Part shown: piece after piece, positions 13,449-25,687 of the stretch
Layout of the letters: each line of letters opens with the position of its first letter
How positions within the stretch are numbered: the first letter of the stretch is position 1
Source: Lingula anatina
Lineage: Eukaryota; Animalia; Brachiopoda
Reading direction: 5' to 3'
Assembly: GCA_051362555.1 (NCBI GenBank)
Contig: CM120642.1
Location: forward strand, 15,314,001 to 15,378,000
Length of the DNA: 64,000 bases
Position numbers and translations under genes: made by a program
Notes under the pieces: model-generated
What the model was told of the DNA's origin: nothing
What the model saw: only the letters and a program-made list of their open reading frames with translations
Database searches by the model: none

Positions 13449-16400
13449 TTATATTGAACAGCCCTTCATTTCCTGCCATACCTGCAAGAAAAGAAAATAA
13501 AAACAAATTCTTAATACTAAACAACATAATTTGTGGAGTTATAAGCAAAAATGACCAAATTGGCTCTATCTCATGATGGCAATGAATCTTTAAAAAAAAC
13601 TGGATCCTGATAGGTTATCCATATCACCATCAAATTCTGATCACTTTTAGGTAATCCCATTCCTGACCTATCCTAAAAATTTGATTGAAAGCCAAACATA
13701 ACTTTCTGATTAGGCTGGTGAAGAACATACTAACAAAGTTACAAACAGATGTGAAAACTGAGCCTGTAATGAGTAATACGAGTTATATACATCCTATGTG
13801 CACACACCCCCCCCAAGTGCCAACCACCCTAACATCTTCACCCTAACCATCCCCATCATTTTACTTTTATATTAAACTTTATCTCATAAACCCCCATATT
13901 ATAACAGTAACTAAGGTTGCTGCTTTGAATATCCCAGGTGGCCAGAACCCCCACAAATCTTAATCTGGAGCATACCCCTTATTCAAGTTCATAATTAATT
14001 ATCTTCAAACACTCATTAAAAAAATCTATAAACGTAACATATGCATTAAAGAATTACCTTGGTAGCTGCTCTGTGTATAATGGTATGCCTGAGTCCAAGT
14101 AAATCAACATCTTGTGCGTAACCTCCTCCTATCACAGTCACACATGGGCACCCCTGGGAGGACAGGTACTTCAGAACATAATAATCTCTATCAAAAAGCC
14201 CTGAATTTATAGAAGAGACTTCAATCATGTATATCATTAGACATCTAAATTATGTTTAACTTCAAGTATACTACATGTATCAAACAGATACAATGATTTT
14301 ACAGTAATTTTAATTTAAAAAAACATACAACACTATTTGCATAAAACTTTTACAGAATAGAACATTTTTTACAATGTTAAACATAAAGCCAAGTTCAAAA
14401 ATGGTAAGAGCAATCTCTAATCAGAAGCTTTCTGATTCTCAACTGAACTCTTGCTAATTGCTTATCCCCATCCCCAACACACACTCGCAAATAATTCACT
14501 GATCAATTTGCAAAAAATGAAATCCTGTACATAAGTTTTTTATAATGTTGAACATTAAGTCCAATCCAAAAACAGTTAGAGCAAGTAAATCTATAATTGG
14601 AAACTGATCTTTAACTTCTGCTAATTGCTTACACTCCCCACCCCACAAAAACTCAACAATCATTTTGCAAAGGTTCAGTGGCCAATTATATAATTAAAAG
14701 AGTGATCAGTGTAGATTACAAAAAAGAAAGAAAGGAAAAAATGGCTAACTAAAATTGACATATGATAGAAAATGTTGTACCTTGATCAGTGAGACAAAGT
14801 CTTCCCAATTCATCTTTTTCATGAGGATCAACTCCTGCATCGTAGACCACAAGATCTGGGCGGAAAGACTTCACTAAATGGGGTAATAGCTCCTGTAACC
14901 TCTCCATATATGATTTATCCTGGAAAAAATCAGAGCAAATTAAATCTGAACTACAGCTGTTTTAAAATGTATAAATGTATATAATAAAAATACTTAACAT
15001 TTAAAACACAAGGTACTGTTGTAATATGGTATGATATGGAAAGCAAATATCTTTAGAGCAAGTTGGGCAAAACTGCATATGTAAAGCAGTGTGACCCCAG
15101 AGTCAGGTTGACACATCATTTCCACTGTAATAAGTCAGACAATAACCAAAGTGTCAATAATAATAATAATATCTGCAGTAATGATAATAACAATAATAAT
15201 AATATGTTCAGCCGATATATAATGACATGTGATTTTGAAGTAAGAAAAGAAATTCTTGGTCTCTGTGCATATCTTTGATGCTTCACTTTTGATAGATATT
15301 TACCCCTGTTTTATCTGGAAGTTCTACATCCAAATCACTCTGCTGTTTCCTAACTGGAAAATTATTCACACCATGCATGGAGAATGTAAAAACACAGTCA
15401 TTTTCTCTAAATATGTAGGCAGTTCCATCGCCCTGGTGAACATCCAGGTCAACGATCAATACTTTCTCTGCCAGCCCTTGCCTCAGCACAAAGTCTGTAG
15501 CCACTGCCATGTCATTGATCAGACAGAAGCCTGAGCCGTAGTCTGGAAAAGCATGATGGGTCCCCCCTGCTGTGCTTGAAGCCATCCCCACTTCCAGAGC
15601 AAGTCTTGCGCCTGTTATGGTGCCCCCTAGATAAATGTGAGAAATCGTATAAATTCTGAGGGTAATGATAATGGCTATGACAGAAAAGCTGACAAGTATA
15701 CAGACACAAAATGAAAAATTGGACAATTCAAAAAAAAAAAAAAAAATGTAAGTTTAAAGGTGCTACCATCCTCTATTCAAGTCTAAACTTATCATGCCTC
15801 ACGGACCAAAGTACATACCAAAAGTGTTGGATAATACATTTTTAGTCTATTATGTCTGCACATGAAGAGTTTGTCTTCAAATAAATAGAGTAAATGCTAC
15901 CACATAAAGGAGCTTCTTACTTGTGATAATGTACATTACATTCACCAGCTACATGCAATACGGGAGATGAAAGAGATTTGTGCCCATCCCCAAGGTTATC
16001 TTAAAATACACATTTGAATGGAAACATCACCCCTCCCACTTTAATCAAAATCTTGAGTCTAAGAAGGAGTTCTAAACAGTGTAGTACTGTACCTGTTTCA
16101 AACCTGCACCTTTTTACCAGACCCTCACTCCATTTGAACCCTGTCTTCCTCTGGGCAGCCGCAGAGGTAGTGCCATTGAAAAAATCCTGTATGTACTCTG
16201 GCTTATGAACCCCAGCCAATGTGTCCTCTCCGACCATGTCCGGATGCACAACCTGCTTGACTGAGATTACACTGTCGCTTCTGAGATGTCTGAATACGGT
16301 TTGGAACTTTCTCATTGCAAACCTGTGCTTCACTGGGTGGTCACAGACATAACCATCATGGTGGACGATAGGCAAGCCTTTTGTAAGACCCTGTTTAACC

Positions 16401-16569
16401 TAGAAACAAAAATGAAATAATCTCTACAACACACTATGCACACTTAAATATAAAGGAAAATTATACATGCCCAACACTGCCTTATTACCTGCATGATAAA
16501 TTGATGGGTGCGATTATTTAAAAGTGATAGGGCCAATTCACAAGATCTATGACCAGACACCTTTGTCAT
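13449..16569 (-). CDS. Zn-dependent histone deacetylase-family protein (HDAC11-related / 'HDAC12', SYNPCC7002_A1628-like). Exons 16569-16489 (tentative), 16399-16093, 15626-15304, 14919-14781, 14200-14058, 13481-13449
   Basis: Motifs HRFAMRKF, AGGTHHAFPDYGSGFCLIND, DLDVHQGDGT, YDAGVDPHEKD, GGGY. Splice phases are consistent and the protein ends VWQEMKGCSI*. The first coding exon is uncertain; a non-coding exon may end at 17330. Confidence 0.9.
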
Positions 16570-18891
16570 ACAATGTACATGTACAGATACCGAATGAGTT
16601 AACGCGACAACGCTTTGCGTTCGGATAAGACGATCAGAAACATCGTTTAATTCCTAACAACGCCCTCTTTTTATGAATGGTCGCCGTGGAAACGAGACAG
16701 TGCAGCCAAAAAAAAAAAAAAATTAAACGCGTAGGCGTCAAGGTAAAACAATGATGTTTTCACAAATGAAAACTGGTAGTTGTTGCTTGCGGACGCATGC
16801 CTCGTTTATCCCTCACAGATCGGTTCTGTTATTCTTATAGGCCACACTTTTTTATTTTTATGGATGACATCCTCTGGGGACCCCAAAGTCGGTGCGAGCG
16901 GGCAAAAAAAAAAAAAAAACAGTCCAAAAAAAAAAAAAAAAACTGCTTAAGAAAAGTTATGTTTTCAGTACACAGCTGGAAACACTAATTTACCACAGAA
17001 ACACGTATCAAACTAACAACATGTCTTTATCCATGCTCTAAAAATATTAAAGCATTGTGAATAGGGCCTACTTCGTAGAAAGGTAAAAGGTCATGAATAT
17101 ATATGCTGCATATTACCAAATCTATTTAAGGTTATTTCATGCATTCTGTTGGTATAGCAACCAATAAAACAAATATCAAATAAACAGCGTGTCTTTATTT
17201 GTACTCTCAGAAAATTAAAGCATTGTAAACACTTCACAGAATTGTTAAAAAATATGAAGCAAAGATAGGCCTATGCTTCCTACTACTAAGGTAATTTCGG
17301 TCGATGCCATTTTGTCTACTTCGACTCACACGTAGCAGCCAACTATCGGGTGGCCTGTCCGACCTTCAGTCCACCAAATACCACGACGCTCTTGTCGACC
17401 CTTTTTTCGCTCCAAAATGAAACTGGTAATGTGCTGCTTTGGACAGAATGTCACTGAAATTTTCCGGGCGATGATCGCTGGCCTCGGCCAGCCTTTCGTA
17501 AAATTGTAAAAGGGTGATATCTCCATGTCCAATATCAATGGCAAACCAATCCAAAACGACGGCCCCCGTTCTCTTTATGACTTTAATTGTCGTGTATTTT
17601 GAAATTAATGCTAGAGATGAAGTTGAAAGCAAAACGGCCATATTTCCACGTGGTGATAATACGCATGTGCAGAAAGCTCATTTTCCGCACTCGGAACTAC
17701 TCGGATGTCTCCGCAGTCGACAATGACAGTATGGAGCTTGCGGCATTAGCCGAGAATTGCCGATTGCATTTTCCGGCAAATTCAATAACGATGTTTGCGA
17801 CAACCGACTTCCTTGTGGGGTGGGGGTGGGGGGGGCGGTTTGGGGGGGGATTTTTTTTTTTTTTTTTTTTTTGGAGAACGGACGAAAATCGGTGCGCGCG
17901 CAGGATGTCATCCATAAAATTAAAAAAGTGTGGCCTAACCTTGATGCGCGAATCATGCTTACATCAACTATGTCGTTAGACAACTTTTCCCTTTAGGATT
18001 GGTTGAGCACGACTTCATATTTTCGCATCAACTTTTTACCAACCTTGACGCGCGGAGTCTGGCTTTCGGGTGCTTCAGCCTACAATTAACGGTAGGCCTA
18101 TATTAGATTCACCTAAGCACGTGCTGCGCGCCATGAAGAAGAAAACCTGGCACAGAACTGTCAAGTGCTAATATTTAGTGCACCTGAGGTAATGCACAAA
18201 ATGCACCTGATGCAGATAATATTTTTCGTTACAGCCTATATCATTGCACACACCGAGCCCCATTTTACAATCAACGTGGTAGAATATTTCAGAATAAAAT
18301 GCTACGGATATAACAAATATATTGTCAGTGTAACAAATATATTTATAATAGACAAAATCATTAAATACCAGTGTGGTACGCATAATTTGGTGCTTTGTAA
18401 AAACATGGAACGGCGGGGGGGGGGGGGGGGGGGGGTTGTAAACTGCTGAATGCTCAAATCGTTAACGTCACCAAATTTTTATAAGAATGCTACATTTTAT
18501 GTCAATTGTTAGGTATGTGTTTTTGTTAATATTTTAATGACAAAGATAATTATTAATACTCATTTCAAAACACTGCTGACGAAAGAACTTTAAAAGTTAA
18601 ATAATTTTTTGCTGTTATGGCTCACGTACAATAGTACTTCAAGTTTCTATAGTCAATTTCTATGATCAGTAATAGAGTCGTCTTTTACAAGATCAACGAA
18701 AACTGGCTAAATTTTATATTTGAACGCGTATAAAAACCATGGAATTTAAAGCTCTTAAATTTTGCACAAGTAGGTGCAGTGTAATTTAAAGAATTTTTGT
18801 ACCAATACAAATTTTAATTCAAACCATTGCGTAGATTTTGAATAAAACGCCTCAAATTTGGTACAAAACTTTCTTCGAGACTCGACGAAAA

Positions 18892-18914
18892 CCGGAAGTG
18901 CGTCGTGACGTCAC
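18892..18914 (+). promoter_or_regulatory. Composite ETS (CCGGAAGT) + CRE (TGACGTCA) element, probable promoter of the CBM20 gene
   Basis: ACCGGAAGTGCGTCGTGACGTCAC about 650 bp upstream of ATG 19555. Confidence 0.5.
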
Positions 18915-19554
18915 TCTTGGAAGCTGCTGGGTGATTTTCCCATGAGACAAACTTCGTAGCTCATGTAAATGTTAAGGAAATAACCATGCAGTTTGTAGAA
19001 GATTCAATAATCAAAATATCATTAAACAAAGATTCAATTCTGAGTAGAAGGATATGATCACAATCGTAGAAATGACCTAACGTCTTTAAAAAACAGAAAA
19101 TTTGATTGGTTGAAAGTTTTGAGAACAATAAAGTGCTGCCCAATCAAATTTCTTAAATTATTTTACTATGCGTATATGCAAATTAGGTAAACATATCTCG
19201 ATTGATTTTGAGATGGGTGAATCTGATTCATTCAGCGCTGTAAGTTGCATTCTTTACTAGATATCTTCTATTGCAGACCTCTTATAGAACAAAAAAATCA
19301 AGAAACAAGTGAAGTTTATCCATATATTTTGTATTTACTTTGTATTTGATATTTTAATTAACATGCACTGATCACAATTCTTGAACACGCAATAATTTAG
19401 AAAAGTAAGTCCAAATAGGATGGCAATTCTTGCCTTGTATTCACGGATCCGGAGATGTTTTTGATAAAAAATTCATCAGGGTAGATCTAAGCAAGTTACA
19501 TTTCCTTTATCAAAACTGGAAATAAAGAGTGCTAAAGATGGAACTTTTTTGTAG

Positions 19555-20748
19555 ATGGCGACGGAGAACAAATCTACAAATTCGTGTATTCAACAGGATG
19601 AGCCAAAATGCAAAGGTAACACTGTAAACAGTGCATGCATACTATAACCGTTTGTAGCATGTTAAGTGCACCAGTCCGATAATGTATGAATCATGTTTCA
19701 GTAATGTTTCAGTCTACTGGTAGTATCGTATTGTCACAAGCAGTGACGTCCATTCTACACACATATATATGTACTGTAGATAATTGAGGTTCAATAACAG
19801 ATACATGTAATAACAGGATACACAATGCATAAAAGTATTAGCACGAAAATCCATGCGTTAGCACTCCCCACATGTATCGATCTGTATAGAAACAATTTCA
19901 TACTATACTGCATGCTTATACTGAGTATAAGTTTCAGTGACATGTCTTCCGATGAACTTTTTAGATTTTAAAAGAATGATGAATACCTTATTCTACTAAA
20001 ATACATATATTTTTCTTTCATATTCATTTTCAAGTTTTGATTAATGTTATTGAGCCTGTCGTCATTTTAAATTCATACTGATCCATTGCATTCAATATAG
20101 GTTGTAGAAGTACACTGTACATGTGAATATTGCAAAGAGAGTGCAATAAACCATAACTATCAGCATAACTATTATAATTATTAAAATAGTCCCATATACT
20201 CATTGACCAGCTTCAGAGTAATATTATTATAGAGTGCTACATTTTTTGTACTACTGTACATATTCATACTCTTTCATGTATATCTGTGCCAATGAACAGA
20301 TGTGCCAACGAAGTTATATTATTCATTCCATTTTTTATTTTATTATTATTTTCTTTAACCAGATATGGCAAAAGTCCACATTGTTTTAGTGGATAATATT
20401 TTGCCGGCAAAAGTTGTGGGCAGTTGCCCTCAACTGGGCAGCTGGTGCCCAGAGGATGGCATAAAACTGCAGGGGGGCCCTGGCCACCCACAAACTGCAG
20501 TTCTCAATTTGAAAAGGGAATCAAGACAGGAGTTTAAATTTGTCAGGCAATCTGACGTAAGTACAATATATTGAGTTTAATAATTGTACAAAAAATAGAA
20601 ATTATTCTGGTTTTATCAGACAAATATATTATAGCTTCATGTGGTGTCTCTCTGTCAGTCTTTTTTCTTTATTGCTTTCTGTTTTCAAAATTGATGCCTT
20701 AATTGCTCCTTGATTACGAAAAATACATGAAAATCTTTAAAAAAAGAA

Positions 20749-20790
<42 letters not shown>

Positions 20791-23700
20791 CAATGCAGTA
20801 GAACACAAGCATTACTTACACAGATGTTGAAACTCAAAATAATTCTTGAAGAAACTTACTGTAATTACTTTAGTAACATATACAGTAGCATGGGTGATGT
20901 TATGCTTTTTATGTAAGCAAAGGAATTTTCTCACGAAGGAGTCTTCAGTTACGTAATATGTTATGTACTTTATAATATTTCAAATGTTTATCTTGTTTTT
21001 TTTTTATTCATCAGCTGTATTGTTATCCAGATTAACTTTTTTGTTATCCAGATTAACTGCCCTGACACTGGATATGAATGGGAGCCAAGGCCTTTCATTA
21101 ACAGGCACATTCATGTCACCTCAAACAATATGAAAATCATTTGCAAATGGGGTGACACAAATATGAAGATTGAGGGTAAGTAATCTTGGAGGTAAATCAT
21201 CAACTGTGTGATTTTTTTTTAATTTATTAAAAGTAAATTAGCTTTATTCTAGCTCTGCATGCTGTGTTTCACATACATTGACTTTTAAGAGACCTACTGG
21301 TATATCATTATGGAGATAGCAGTCATGTTATTATTGCTTCTTTTCATGATTATATAACATGATCAATCATCATCAAATAAAATCAAATATACAGATAAAA
21401 AGAAATTTGTAAATAGTTGGTTGAAATGCCTGCAATGGGCTCATCTTTAACAAAGTAAGGGGGTGGGACTGATCACTGATGTTGCACAAAGAAGTCTTAT
21501 TCCTGAGAAGATGGGAAGAGTCACTGACTATCAAGTATCTTAAATGGGAAAAGCAAGCTGATAATAGGGAGATGAGCTTCCACTGTCCTCGAACACTCAA
21601 GTTTGGGAAAGGCCTTTGCTCAATATCGACATTTCAACTGATCTGGGTTCTAAAATCACATTAAATTTTACATTTTTGACAAATTGAGAATTTACATTTT
21701 TGACAAATTGAGAATTTACATAACATTTTTCCTTTATTTATGAATATGAATGTTGTACTTAAATACATTTCATGAAAGTGTAACTTATTTCATTCCAGAA
21801 TTGGATGAGGAATTAATTCCTGATCCTCCTATTGGTACGGAACTATTTTATATGTAACCAACATGAATGATAACTGGCAGGTTTATCTACTTGATATATT
21901 TTCTAGCAAAAAAAAACAACAAAAAAAAAAACAAAAAAACATTAACTTATTAAATATGTAATCATGATATAATTTGAATCAACAGAAAAGAAATGTTTTC
22001 AGAGGGCACTGACATCAAGGATCACACTGGTTTATGTAAGTAAATTTTGCTATACTGAACATACTAGTAGATCTCATACATTTAATTTCTTGTTTCAGAA
22101 GATTGCAATGAAAGGGTGACAAAGACTGATTTGTGTAAGTAAAGGAGTGTAAAAATTTGTAGGAAAAAATCTGATGATGTAACATTTGCTGGAGTTAGAT
22201 AATTTATTTGTGCCACAAGTTTCTGATGAAGAAAATATTTGTATCCTTTTTTCTCAAACTATTTGTTTGAAACAAAGCTTTGAAAGAAAGAAGTTGGCAA
22301 AATTCAGTGTGTCTGACAGTAAAAATTAGAATATACAAACCCTTGCCTTACCACTAGTGAGGAAGGACAATTAATCAAACTGTTATTTTCAGTTGATGAC
22401 AAGAACAATATCACCAATATCGTCCAAGGGGAGAGTGGGAGTGAGGGCGGTAGGTGTAAATAAAGGGGATTTAGGGTAGTGGTGGTGGTGGTTATATAAG
22501 AGGTATCTACATGTATATGATAAATCCTAAGCAGGCATTAGCTTCAGTTATTTTACACCCTCAGCTTCAAATCTGACACATTTTATACCCTCACTTCTGA
22601 TCTGATACATTTAATTTCTTATTTCAGAGAATTGCAATGAAAGGGGGACAAACACAGATTCGTGTAAGTAAAGGAGTGTAAAAATATTGTAGGAAAAAAA
22701 TCTTATGATGTTACATATGCTGGAGTTAGCAGACATGCTGAAACTGTCGATCCGTTCGGTCATGACCGAGAAAATTTGTCTGGACCAGTAAAAATTTGGA
22801 TTTGGTCGGTCCAAAGGACCAACAAGAGTTTTAAAAGCTGCAATTTTGAATTTACAGTCATCATTCTACATACTTCACTAATAAAATTATATAAAACCCA
22901 AAGCGTTTGTCCCTTCCATTTCAAACCTATCACATTTACAAACAAAGTAAGCTCCCCTAGTCTTATATGTCTCAAACGAATAGGGTGATTTTCGGTCTGA
23001 CAAAAACCCATTCGGCCCAACAAATTTTTCATTACTGCCGGTCCAAATGTCCAGCCATTCTGAAAAGTTTTCAGCATGTTTGGTTAGAAAATTCATTTGT
23101 GCCACACGTTTCTGATGAAGAAAATCTTTGCACACTTTTTTTATTATTTTCTCTAACTATTTGAGTGAAACAAAGCTTTGAAAGAAAAAAGTTGGCCAAA
23201 TTCATTGTGTCTGACAGTAAATATTAGAATTATATACTAGTATACAAACACAATGCTATACCACTAATAAGGAAAGAAAAGTAACCAAATTGTCATTTTC
23301 AGTAGATGACAACAACAATATCACCAGTATCTTCCAGGGGGAGATTGAGAGTGGGAGTGAGGGTGGTAGGTGTAAATAAAAGGGATTTATATATGGTGGT
23401 GGTGGTGGTTATATAAGATGCAGCTATATGTTAAATCCTAAGCAGGCATTACTATCAAGTATTTTATTTTTGTCATTGCAAATTCTAGTACTATTGTACC
23501 TTGGCGTCATTGAGGGACCCTCTTTGTCCAGCCATTGAGGCTGGCTATCGTTATAAAAATGTATCATTCTTTTTATATTTTAATAAATTAAAAATCATAT
23601 TCTTAAGATAAGGTTTCAGTTGAAAACAAAAAATACATTTGTATTTTGTTTGCCACATACTATAAGATAAAGCTATAAAAGCCAAATGTTTCTCTTAAAG

Positions 23701-23845
23701 TTTAACTCCTTTTTGCCCCCCCCCCCCCTTTTTTTTTATTACGTGCAATTTTATTTTCATTCCAGCACCAAAGAAATACAAACGTTTTGGACGATTTCGG
23801 CGCTTCCTCTCCAGATTGACTTCTTGTTTCCGGAGGCGTAGTTAA
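19555..23845 (+). CDS. CBM20 (starch/glycogen-binding domain) protein with repeated acidic linker and polybasic C-terminus, ~238 aa. Exons 19555-19615, 20363-20556, 21052-21175, 21799-21834, 22003-22035, 22099/22102-22134, 22393-22449, 22628-22663, 23303-23365, 23766-23845
   Basis: The spliced product reads ...AKVVGSCPQLGSWCPEDGIKL...QEFKFVRQSD|INCPDTGYEWEPRPFINRHIHV...CKWG, matching the CBM20 pattern VxGS..LGxW...EFKF...WE...NR...W. All exons are GT-AG with matching phases. It ends APKKYKRFGRFRRFLSRLTSCFRRRS*. Confidence 0.8.
22081..23460 (+). repeat. Intragenic tandem duplication of a two-micro-exon module (copies ~22081-22550 and ~22610-23460)
   Basis: Exon pairs CNERVTKTDL/DDKNNITNIVQGESGSEG versus CNERGTNTDS/DDNNNITSIFQGEIESGSEG; the introns also align. 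Confidence 0.9.
22730..23082. mobile_element. 353-bp MITE with 14-bp TIR and 5-bp TSD GTTAG (hAT5-like)
   Basis: CAGACATGCTGAAA ... TTTCAGCATGTTTG. The paralogous intron (~22191-22200) shows the empty site GGAGTTAGATAA. Confidence 0.85.
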
Positions 23846-25397
23846 GAAGACTCAACAGATGTACTTGATTCAAGCCTCTATATGTTTTTGTTTTTCTGAT
23901 TATTAATTAGAATAATGACTGATTTAATTCGTGAATGTTATTGCTTTTATATGGTGAGAGGGCTGTAAATAAATATAATGACATTGATTTAATTTGTGAG
24001 TGTTGTTGTTTTCATATGGTGAGAGGGATCACACTCCTGCTGACCCCCAGTTCTAAAAATAGACATAATTTCACCACTGCAAGCCAATTTCAAATTTTCA
24101 GAAAATTAAGTTCTCAGATCTCTTTGAAAAACAAAACTTAAGTGTAATTGTGACAGTTGCAAATGTACTTATGCATATTTCCTGGTCAAGCAATAATTTG
24201 TTTGGTATAATCAGTCTGTGGCATACGTTAACCACTAGTCTGATGCCCACGGTCAGTAAAATTGTATGGACCAGTTGATTTTACAGAAAGTGTAAATTAG
24301 GTTGTCTGGCACTTCCATTTGTTTTTTCTCAGAGTTATCAGAAGAGCTGAACTTTTCAATTTGATTAATTTTCCATGATTTTCTTTAAAAATGTAACTGT
24401 TACTGCTACAGTAACAAGATTATTCTAAATTAAGAAAAAGCATTAGAAAATATCACTCATAATTACTAATATTTATGATATAAGGGAAAATGTCCACTAT
24501 TACTGATTTTTTTATTCCAACCAGTAAATCCTGATTAGATCCATTACATTTATAGGAAAGTGGTGGTCCCAATGACCAGTGAGCTGAAAATTTATGGCAT
24601 GCACTGGTATAACTCAACCTAGGCAAAAGTGCTGACATGGAAGTTTCAAAATTTGACTCCTTTTTATTTTTCATTTATTTATTTCACTTACTATTATAAT
24701 TGAGATTTTTTATTTGTATATTTTATTTATATAAATTTATTTTGCTCCCAAGGACACAATTCTGGAATTATTTTAACTGAAAATTCTGTAAGTTATACCA
24801 GACTTTTAAGTTTACTTAAAAAAAAAACAAGGCAGCAAAGCTGTCAAATGTACAGACAAAAAACAGAAAATAAAGATGCAAAAAAGGTCATTTTGTCAAT
24901 TTTGATGCAATAATAAATAATGCTTATAATAGCACTATCAGTCAACACTGAATTTTAATCATGCACAACAGGTAAAATGGTCAATAACATGAGCGGACCC
25001 AGAGATATTCTCTGACAGTATTCCAAAGTATCTATTTTGATCCATCCTCCATTTTGATGGTCTTCCAACAGAAGAAAAAATAGATACCAGGCAATATAAA
25101 CTTAATAACCTGACTGTCTTCCAGAAGTCCCAGAAGATGGTCTCAATCTACCCTTTCAATAAGATTACAGTTTCAGGACCATGAGAGTTCAAATTCACAT
25201 GATGAAAGTCTCAATATTTGAAAAATGATGACAGTGCATAAAATAATATTACATAAGTAACATAATGTTTAAAGACATAAAAAACAATACAACTGCTTAT
25301 GTGGAAATACAGAAATGTCAGAGTCTCAGGCGGATGAGAGTTAAAAGTCACAAATGCAAGTGTTTGAGAAAAAATTATAAAGGAAAACATAACAAAA

Positions 25398-25578
25398 CTA
25401 GAAAAGCGCTCCGAGAGTGCAGACCTCTGCCAAGGTAGCAATTGTTGATTATTATTGATTTTTGTCCTCTTTGGCCCACTTCTGACAGTTCCTGAAAATT
25501 TCAGCAAAATCGGTCCATAACTTTTTGAGTTATGTTGATGACAAACAGGGGTGAAAATATAACCTCCTTGGCAGAGGT
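25398..25578 (-). mobile_element. Helentron/Helitron2-type non-autonomous element (HINE-like)
   Basis: On the minus strand: tt-ACCTCTGCCAAGG...CCTTGGCAGAGGT subterminal inverted repeats, then a GCACTCTCGGAGCGC hairpin and CTAG-tt end. Confidence 0.65.
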
Positions 25579-25626
25579 AAATATAATTCCAATGAAGCTG
25601 CTATTCAAACTTTTAATCTTTCAGTT

Positions 25627-25628
<2 letters not shown>

Positions 25629-25683
<55 letters not shown>
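25629..25683 (+). repeat. (TA)n microsatellite
   Basis: Direct reading. Confidence 0.95.

Positions 25684-25687
<4 letters not shown>

Noticed and set aside
17326-17996. Cluster of overlapping short ORFs on both strands
   Set aside because: GC-richer promoter/repeat DNA with homopolymer runs; no domain or consistent splice frame
24212-24606. A further CAGT...ACTG MITE
   Set aside because: TIR match is only 10/14 and the TSD is not cleanly positioned; possibly an old element but unsupported
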